Below are positions 54,843 to 64,000 of a stretch of DNA of 64,000 nt, piece by piece (position 1 is the stretch's first letter; each line of letters opens with the position of its first letter). Both the position numbers and the translations under genes were made by a program. This DNA is from Octopus sinensis (lineage: Eukaryota), in assembly GCF_006345805.1 (NCBI RefSeq), contig NC_043011.1:7750001-7814000 (forward strand). Reading direction: 5' to 3'. The notes under the pieces are model-generated. The model was not told the DNA's origin. It saw only the letters and a program-made list of their open reading frames with translations, and made no database searches.

Positions 54843-55586
54843 TTGCGTTTGTCCCCACCCCCACTTAACAACCGTGTTGGTGCGCTAACGTCCCCTTAGT
54901 GGTTTGGCAAAAGACACTGATAGAATAAGTACCTGGCTTAAAAAAGTACAGGGGTCGAATCATTCGACTAAAATTTCTTGAAGGCGGTGCCCCAGCAGTC
55001 TAATGACTGAAACAAGTAAAAATTAACACATAAAAGATAATTAAAAGAGATGTAGGCACGTAAACAAATATGTAAACAAATATGTAAACAAATATGGCCG
55101 CATGACATTAGAAACGGTTAAGGAGGTGTTGAAGTTTTATTGATAACTGGAATTTCTCATTTGAAATTCGGTCAAAGACATCTTAGCTTTTCTTTCTGGA
55201 ACCGTCTTTCACATCCCCTCAGCACTGACAGACATTCTTTGAGAGAAAGGCTTTTAGGAAGAAGTAAGGCAAAAGTAAGAACTGTGGAATGGTAGAAACA
55301 GTAAAGAACCAGACCGAATTCTTTATGCCTATGTTCAAAACCTACCGGGGTCGAATTAGCTTTCCGTCCTGCAAGAAGAGTTCGATGGAGTAAGTGCTGA
55401 TCAATTACATGTGTCTGATTGAATGGATGACTATCAATAATTCAATGGGATTATTGATTGCAATCGATTTCTAAAAGTTTTCATTTCTTTAATGAGTGTC
55501 ACTGCTTTTTTTAAAGTTTATTTCATGATTACCAGGAATCAAGTTTTCAGTAACTACCAGTAATAGATTGGGACTCCATTCAATCG

Positions 55587-55660
<74 letters not shown>

Positions 55661-55681
55661 TTTCTTTACCAGTGTCTAAAT

Positions 55682-55895
55682 CAGCGGTTCTCAACCTTTT
55701 TATTATCCGGCCCTGATCCAAAACCTGGCTATTCTTTAAAGGGCCACATCGAAAGATAATTTAAATAAATAGATGGATAAAACAAAAGTCAATTGAAGAA
55801 AAATTTATTATATTTAGAGGGAAGGCCGTCGAGGCCCGCTTGAAGGAAGCTTGAGGGCCACATGCGAGCCTGGGAGCCGTAGTTGAGAACTGCCG
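55682..55895. mobile_element. hAT (Charlie-like) MITE, same family
   Basis: TIRs CAGCGGTTCTCAAC / GTTGAGAACTGCCG; TSD gtctaaat/gtctaacg. Confidence 0.75.
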
Positions 55896-56630
55896 GTCTA
55901 ACGGCTGGGGCGATATATACTCACACGTATGTTTAGATGCGTAGATTTGAGAACAGAGGGAACAGTATGGCTGAATGGTTAAGAAGGTTGGTTCACGACC
56001 ACAAGGTCTCGGTTTCGATCCCACTGCATGACATGTTGGCCAAATGACATTGTCTATAACCATAAGTAGACCTTTGATGGAAACTGTACGGAAGCTCGTC
56101 GAGTGGATTGTACCTGTAAAACTAAAGATACAGCATTGTCGCACGTACACGCACGCACACATACACACACGGCGCGCACACACATACACATGCTCGCGCA
56201 CAGACACACTCACACGCACACTGTGTCACGCTCATTCTGCTCGAGAATTGCATTAAGGGAATACTCACGTGTCTGTGGAGTACCCAGCCACTTACACGTT
56301 AATTCAAGAGCAGATAATTCTGTTGATTGAACAACCGAATCCTCATCGTGGAACGGCGACGGAAACCCATCACTATCATCAGCACTTGATAAGTGCCGAG
56401 CAATTACATGTAATCCATAGAATCGAAATTATTGATATATTCGCTCTGACTAATCGAATATCTTGGAGCACTTTTTTATTTTGGTTTTTAATAAACCTCA
56501 GTGATATATAAAGGCTCCATTCAATCGCTTAAATACACAGGCGATTACATTCCTTTACAAATATAAGACTGTCTAAATAATAATGATGAAGATGATGATG
56601 ATAATAATAATAATAATAATAATAATAATA

Positions 56631-57163
56631 TGCAGTACCAGGCAGTGGCTCTCATGGCTTCTGATCTTAACTGATTGGAAACGTTATCATGTCTTGGTAT
56701 AAAAGATGGGCTACAGCAAATATTCTGCTCAATACCACATATTTGCTTGTCAGTTGTTTGACCTTAACCAGTTGAGCATGTCCCTTAGTGGCTGACGATA
56801 TGTGCATCTCTGATCACAAGCAGAAGTAGTGGGGGAGCATCATAGCCGTGTGTTGAGAGGGATTCTTTGAGGTTTGAATAATTCACCTCTATAAACATGG
56901 GTGTTTCGTTCAACATCCTTAAACAACCCTTATTCAGGGACCTATTGAGCGGGATGGGCTACTCGACCAGAAGAAAATTCTAACTGGGCCCCACTTGCAA
57001 GGTCATGTGCTGTTTATCTTGATATGAGATCATCATGTCGCGCACATATGGTTGTGATGCATGTGCCTGGTGTACCCTTATCAGACGGGTAGTCATGATG
57101 GGTATATTGGGCTTCGAATATTTTACCCCAGTGTCACTTTGATGTCATGCACTGCACTCTCAC
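56631..57163 (+). mobile_element. ~540-bp non-coding (TAA)n-embedded interspersed element (family D), copy 1
   Basis: Closely similar to 57651-58197 and to the reverse complement of 43032-43549; (AAT)n on both sides. Confidence 0.85.
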
Positions 57164-57650
57164 ATAATAATAATAACAACAACAACAACAACAACAACAA
57201 TAATAATGATAAAAAAGGTTTCAAATTTTGCCACAAAGGCAGCAATTGGGGGAGGAGGGGATGAGTCGATTACATAGACCCCAGAGCGTAACTGGTACTT
57301 GTTTTATCGACCGAAAGGGGATGAAAGGCAAAGTTGACCTCTGTGGAATTTGAACTCAGAACGTAAAGATAAACGAAATACTGCTAAGCATTTCGCCCGC
57401 CGTGCTAACGATTCTTATTTCTTTATTGCCTACCAGGGGCTAAACATAGAAGGGACACACAAAGGGATTAAGCCGATTACATCGACCCCAGTGCGTAACT
57501 GGTACTTAATTTATCGGCCCCGAAAGAATGAAAGGCAAAGTCGACCTCGGCGGAATTTGAACTCGGAACGTAACAGCAAACAAAATACTGCTAAGCATTT
57601 CGCCCGGCGTGCTAACGGTTCTGCCAGCTCATCAATTTTATAATAATAAA

Positions 57651-58197
57651 TGCAGTACCAGGCAGTGGCTCTCATGGCTTCTGATCTTAACTGATTGGAA
57701 GTGTCATCATATACATTGTTTTGTCTTGGTATAAAAGATGTGCTACAGCAAATATTCTGCTCAATACCACAGATTTGCTTGTCAGTTGTTTGACCTTAAC
57801 CAGTTGACCATGTCCTTTAGTGGCTGACGATATGTGCATCTCTGATCACGAGCAGAAGTAGTGGGGGAGCATCATAGCCATGTGTTGAGAGGGATTCTTT
57901 GGGGTTTGAATAATTCACCTTCAAAAACATGGGTGGTTCGTTCAACATCCTTACACAATCCTTATTCAGGGACCTTTTGAGCAAAATGGGCTACTCGACC
58001 AGGAGAAAATTCTAACTGGGCCCCACCTGCAAGGTCATGTGCTGTTTATCTTGATATGAGATCATCATGTCGCGCACATATGGTTGTGATGCATGTGCCT
58101 AGTGTACCCTTATCAGACGGGTAGTCATGATGGGTATACTGGGCTTCGTATATATTACCCCAATGTCACTTTGATGTCATGCACTGCTCTCTCACTC
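57651..58197 (+). mobile_element. Family D element, copy 2
   Basis: Same 5' start TGCAGTACCAGG as copy 1; 3' end CTCTCACTC(AAT)n. Confidence 0.85.
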
Positions 58198-58246
<49 letters not shown>

Positions 58247-58493
58247 TTAATGATAATAAGCAATTAGTACCTGTTGATCACTGGGGTTAATGAAATCGAC
58301 TTTGCTGGCCTTGTACCTATAGCAGGAAGAATTATTAAGAATGGTGCATGCCAGAATGAATAAACCGAGGCTAATTAGTCACGTGTTTTGAGTTCCAGCC
58401 ACACCGAGGCTGACTTTGCCTTTCCTTTCTACCAAATTCAACAAACAATTAAAGGAAACTGGAAAACAAAAACGCATTGAATTGTGGGATCGA

Positions 58494-59672
58494 GATCTCG
58501 ATGATAGTGATGCAGTTGACATCGTTTTATTGGACTTTGCCAAAGCTTTCGACTCGGTAAACCACCGCCTATTACTTGTCAAGCTTCAAGCATATAGTTT
58601 CCATCCGGATATTATACGATGGGTTGGTGCCTTCCTTTCAGATCGCTCCTTCCAAGTCCAAGTTAATGGTTCGCGGTCCGACGTCTCCAGTGCGAGCAGT
58701 GGCGTGCCTCAAGGTTCAGTGCTTGGGCCCTTGTTGTTCTTAGTCTTCATAAATGACTTGCCCGACGACCTCACGCAACACACCCTTCTATTTGCCGACG
58801 ATATCAAACTGGTCGCTCCTCGCGGTAATATAGAGGATCTTCGTCGATGCCTCCACCAAATTTGGAAGTGGTCTAACGATTGGGACCTGTGTCTGAACGT
58901 GTCAAAGTGCTGTCATCTGCCTGTCGGCTCTACTCCTGCAACTCAACTTGATTTCGAGCCGGGTCGTCTGCTGCTGGAGAGAACCGATCAGGTAAAGGAC
59001 CTGGGTATCTTGGTGGATTCCTCCTTTTCGCCTTCGGCCCAGTGCGTCCATGCTGCCAACAAAGCACGCGGAATTCTGTTCTTGATTCGACGGTCATTCG
59101 GAATGCTCACAGCAGCCATATTCCTACCACTCTATGTCACGCTGGTGAGACCTATATTGGAGTATGGGATTCAAGCCTCTTCTCCTTATCTCCTCAAAGA
59201 CATACAGCATCTCGAAAGAGTCCAGAAGCTGGCTACCCGCATGGTTCATGGTCTCAAAAATTTGTCCCACGAAGAAAGGCTGAGGACGCTCGACCTTTAT
59301 TCTCTTGAAAAACGCCGCCGCCGTGGTGATCTCATTCTCGCCCACATCATAAGCGAAAAGTGTAACCTCTCGAAAGAGCTGTTCTTCACTCCTTCTCCAG
59401 AGCGTCGGCTGCGGGGTCATTCCGAAAAGCTCTACCTGCGACGATTTCATCTCAATCAAAGGAGAGGAGCTTTCTCCGCCCGGGTTGCGGATCCGTGGAA
59501 CAAGCTGCCAGACGAGATGGTGAAGATGCCGACGACCGCTTTGTTCAAAGCCTCCCTGGACCTCAAGTGGCCTGAACTCTTTACATGAACACCACCCTGT
59601 ACTTAACTCCATGTCCCCCTACATGGCCTTGCTATTTGCTTTTGAGCCAAATTAACTAAACTAACTAACTAA
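58494..59672 (+). mobile_element. CR1-group LINE, 5'-truncated, uninterrupted RT/C-terminal ORF
   Basis: ORF to 59588 contains LDFAKAFDSV, SGVPQGSVLGPLLF, FADDIKL, KDLGI, LERVQK, LRGHS, PWNKLP. Short 3' UTR ends in (TAAC)n-like repeats. Confidence 0.92.
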
Positions 59673-59689
59673 TGTATTGCTCTATGACT

Positions 59690-60080
59690 TTTAGCAGAAG
59701 AAAAAGAAAACGCTGGACAGCTTCCGGTTGAGATGCTTAAGGAGAATACTGGACATTGAGTGGCTGGAAAGAGTGTGAAACGACAGGAGACAAGAGAGAG
59801 CGGGCATCAAGAGGATGAGTGACGTAATCGGATGCGGATGCTGGAACTGGATTGGACACGCCTTTAGACAAGATCGAGAAAACGATTGCATGGTGGCACT
59901 ACAGAGACAGCCTGAGGGGGAAGAGGAGCAGCAGGGCGCCCTAAAACCACATGGCGAAGGACCATTGGCAAGAAAAGGGGACGAGAAGGCTGGAGAAGCT
60001 GGGATGAGAGCAGAACAGTGACAGAAAACAGAGCTGGTTGGAAAGATCGTGTTGTGGCCAAATGTGCGTCTTGGCATACT
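59690..60080 (+). mobile_element. RTE-clade LINE, degenerate 3' end
   Basis: Translation gives LDSFRLRCLRRILDIEW.ERV, WNWIGHAFR, AL..QPEG..PKTTWRR, ENRAGWK, the typical RTE C-terminus, with stops and frameshifts. Confidence 0.8.
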
Positions 60081-60216
60081 TTTGGAGCTCTTAGGTTACC
60101 GGGTGCTGGGGGTTAATCTGGACAAGATTTCCGACAAAGGTATCTTGGGCTCTTAGCAGGCCTGGGGGTATATAAATCTACGAAATGGTTTTTTTCTATA
60201 AAAAGATATTGCTTTT

Positions 60217-60525
60217 AAATGCAGGAATATAAAAGTGAACCTGTAAGGGAGAGGCATAAAACATTTATAACCAATTATCTAATCAACGTTTGCTTATATA
60301 AGTAAAAATAAAGAAAGTTGTTGTACTTTGGGAGGGCCATGCACCCAATAAACATACGCACAGGTGGTGATTATTAAATGCCAGAATATAAAGAAGAACC
60401 CTTCAAGTATGACGTATAAAACGCTTATTGCCAACAATCCAATCAAAGCTTGTTAATGTACGAATAAAGAATAGCGTTGTATCATGAGTGGGTCATATTG
60501 CCAACAAACACACGCATTGGTTGTA
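60217..60525. repeat. Diverged ~160-bp tandem duplication
   Basis: AAATGC..GAATATAAA..GAACC and ..AATAAAGAA..GTTGTA..AAACA.ACGCA each occur twice. Confidence 0.65.
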
Positions 60526-61039
60526 CTTTTACTTTAGTTTTAGTTACATTATTTACTAATTTCCGTAAAAGTTTTCGGTACACTGCTGTGATCTTCCCAA
60601 TGATTTCACATTCATGCAAAGCCTATGGCAAAAGCGAAATGAAAGTAAGGACTTTTTTTTTTTCTTAAATAACTTTTTCGTATGAATGTCGTTTTCGTTT
60701 AGTTTTCAAGTCATGGATTTTTTCCCTTCTTCTCTGCTTATCATTTCAGTCCTGGCCTAACAACAAGTTAGATATTTTAACACTTTTGCCGAATGAAAGC
60801 TTAAATAAACCTTCTGGATGCTAATTAACCAGAGTTTAATCTTCTTCCTCTTCAAACAAGTTTCCCAGCTGTTAATGAATCGACGGGTAAGTGTTTGATG
60901 CCAGATTTGATGGGAGTTTAAACTTGGCAGCTAGATCTCTTGATCTACCCAAGAATATATATAAAGGATATGGTTAGACTCTTTGGTGCTTTAGGCTGAG
61001 CAATTACATGTTTAAATGATGTACAAATCATTATGGCTG

Positions 61040-61126
<87 letters not shown>

Positions 61127-61128
61127 GT

Positions 61129-61184
<56 letters not shown>

Positions 61185-61189
61185 ATCCT

Positions 61190-61230
<41 letters not shown>

Positions 61231-61235
61231 ATCCT

Positions 61236-61301
<66 letters not shown>

Positions 61302-61489
61302 CTTCTGTCTATCTATTTATCTATTGACAGAAATGACGGATTAAGGTCCCAGAATAAGTTGTTAAGGGATGCTCAACATAGTGACCAGTGTCCTAGATGT
61401 TATATATCCGGGTTTTGGGAGAGTTTTTCAGTCATTTGATCTTGGAATAATACGACTCAAGCATTCGTGATTCCAATAATTAGAAATGT

Positions 61490-61645
61490 CAAACATACGT
61501 GATGTCAGCAATAGGGTAACCCAACCGTACGTGATGTCAACAAATGTATAAACCAAATATGCGTGACGTCAACATTGGGGTAACCGAAACGTAAGTGACG
61601 TCAACAATAATATGTAACAGAGACATGTGACGTTGGCAATAATGG
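61490..61645. repeat. 32-bp-period minisatellite, 5 units
   Basis: GTGA(T/C)GT motif at 61499, 61531, 61563, 61595 and 61627. Confidence 0.85.
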
Positions 61646-64000
61646 TTTCTGATTTACGGACAGTAATATTGATGGGAGTTGAAATAGTCGATATCTTCGA
61701 CCCCAGGATCTGACTGGAACTAAAGATATTACAATCTCGGGATGGAAATCTCTAGAAGACTTGGGAATTAAATGATGCAGAGTTTCGTGAGTTTGCTGCA
61801 ATGTTGATTACAATCATCAGAGCAGACATTTTTCTAGAAGACGGGTCAGAAGAACACAAAGAATAAACACACAAGGGTAATTTTTTTTCTATGAAAGACT
61901 GACTGTCAATCATTTTTCATCTATGGAATTTAACATTTTAGTCTGAAAAAAAGAGTCTGTGCCCATGGACTTCATAGGCTCTCTAAAACCAGTGAGATCT
62001 GCACCAAGGGGTTGATCTATTATTATATTTTTAATAAGGCGAGAGAGAGGGAGAGAGAGAGTGGGGAGAAGGCAGTTAAGGTTACAATTTACAGGGCCTC
62101 CGAGGGTGAGAGCTATCATAAACTAAGAGACTTATCCCGAAAAACTGGAGACCTGCAATATTTCCTCCAATCTAGTGCTTTTGATTGGTGCTCTCTTTTT
62201 TCCTAATTGACACTGAAAAGATAATAAAGGATTTGAACTTAGAGTTTCAGAACAAATACCACGAGGCATTTATTTGACATTTTAAGGACTCTGTTGATTC
62301 GCCGTCTAATGAACTTATTCGCTACTTCTAGAGAATAAGGATTAGAAAAGGGTCAGTGTAGGAGCTTAGGGGTGACTCCTGTGGGTGACCTGCAGAGGGT
62401 GCAAGACGAGTAAGTCAAGAAAGCCTGAGTAGAGGTGGCACGAAAATGACCCACTGTGATTGGAGTGTGTTTGTGATTTTGTGTCGGTCTGTACAGCAAA
62501 CTTTCTTTGGATGTGCATCTGTGTATACAGCAGTGACACGATCCTATTTGTGGGAGTCGTCGGGCATTCTGGGACTCATTTAAGCTTTGTAGAGGATTAG
62601 AAGTCATTGTGGGAGGGGAAGTATTTTCTGTCGCTAAAGAGTACTGGTTTTTTCAAGTGTTGTTTTTGCTATATTTAAACGTCGAGACAATCACAAATGA
62701 ACTGGAAGCGATCTGAAAGCACCGAGCTTTCCATACGCCAATTGAAACAACTTGGCGGGTTTGCAGCCTTTGAATTACCCGGAATAAAGAGAGATACGCA
62801 ATAACCTACATTCTGTCTCTCGGAAACATATTACTAGGTAAGTTAATGATTTTACCTCTTCTCACCACATCACACGAGGATCATAAAATAACTTCGTCGC
62901 CACTCAACCACCGACTTTAAAATGTATCTAGGATCCAAATTTTGCTCATGAAAACTAAGCAAATCGCCAAAACTGTCCGCCACTATTTAATGTCAAAATT
63001 TGCTGTCTTTTTAATTCTTGGAGAAGGACTTCAATGCTACGAAGTGCTGAATGTTATGTCACCATAATTATTTAATGGACTTTATGAACGCATAGATATC
63101 ATGGCGTATGATGGGTCTCCGTCATTCGGGGACGAGGATTCAGTTGTTTGGTCAGCTGCATCATCTGGCACTCCGTCGGTTATGACGACGAGTGTTCCCG
63201 TTGATCCGATTAACGGAACAGCCTGATCGTGAAATTAACGTGCAAATGGCTGAGCACTCCACAGACACGTGTACCCTTAACGTAGTTCTCGGGGAGATTC
63301 AGCGTGACACAGAGTGTGACAAGGCTGGTCCTTTGAATAACATATACAACTCACTTTTGGCAACTGAATGAACTGCGGTAATGCGAAACAAAATGTCTTC
63401 CTTCAGGAAAAAGACATGCCGCCAGAAATCGAACTCATGACCTTACGATCATCAGCCGAATACACTAACCACCAAGCCACGCGCCTTCACTGCCTTACCG
63501 TAAACATACCAACATCGGTTGTCTAGCGATGGTGTGGGGGACAAACACAGACACACAAATACATACACATGCGCAATATATACAATTGCCCCACACCTCT
63601 ACAATATACAAAATATTTTAACAATTTTTTAGATAATTCCTAATATCTTATTATAAAATGTGATAGGGTTGTTTAAACATCGACTGGGTATGAGGGTCCA
63701 CCAGAATAAAATAGGGACCAAAGTGGTCCCCAGGTAGGAATGGTTGAGAACCACCGCATTTGACTGCATTACTAACAAAAGAGGTATTCCAGATTTACCA
63801 TAAACTGGCAACTGAAAGGCATTAAAAGACAAACACATTTGTAAGATGGTGGTTGAGTGACGACGAAGTTATTCGTTGCTCCAAATGTGATGTTATGAGG
63901 AGAGGTAATAATAGTATTAAAATACCCGGTAAGATGTTTCTGGGAGACACTATAACAAGGGAAACTGGTGGAACCTATTTTAGTGTAATCGTTACTACCG

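Noticed and set aside
58416-58493. N-terminal part of the 390-aa ORF
   Set aside because: Flanking DNA read through in frame; RT homology begins near 58494.
61490-61645. Repeat-spacer periodicity reminiscent of CRISPR
   Set aside because: Eukaryotic context, conserved part under 12 bp, spacers related to each other, no cas genes.

Overview
Repeat-saturated, AT-rich eukaryotic (metazoan) non-coding DNA. The SINE families and the very high microsatellite load resemble an octopod cephalopod genome (inference from recall, not a database match). No host protein-coding gene is supported, and almost all ORFs in the track are translated microsatellites or SINEs. Real coding remnants all come from transposons: (i) R4/Dong-type RLE LINEs that always sit in (TAA)n, (ii) a young 5'-truncated CR1-group RT, (iii) RTE and CR1/L2-like 3' fragments, (iv) an internally deleted mariner, and (v) a Penelope-like GIY-YIG endonuclease missed by the ORF track. 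There are three tRNA-derived SINE families and hAT, piggyBac-like and fold-back MITEs. The most notable signal is a set of about nine hammerhead-ribozyme-like motifs, several of them in small elements embedded in (TA)n tracts. One has its three strands in a non-circularly permuted order (50960-51022, minus strand; partial second copy at 35.8 kb). A discrete ~540-bp non-coding element is found only in (TAA)n and is probably mobilised by the Dong-like LINE.
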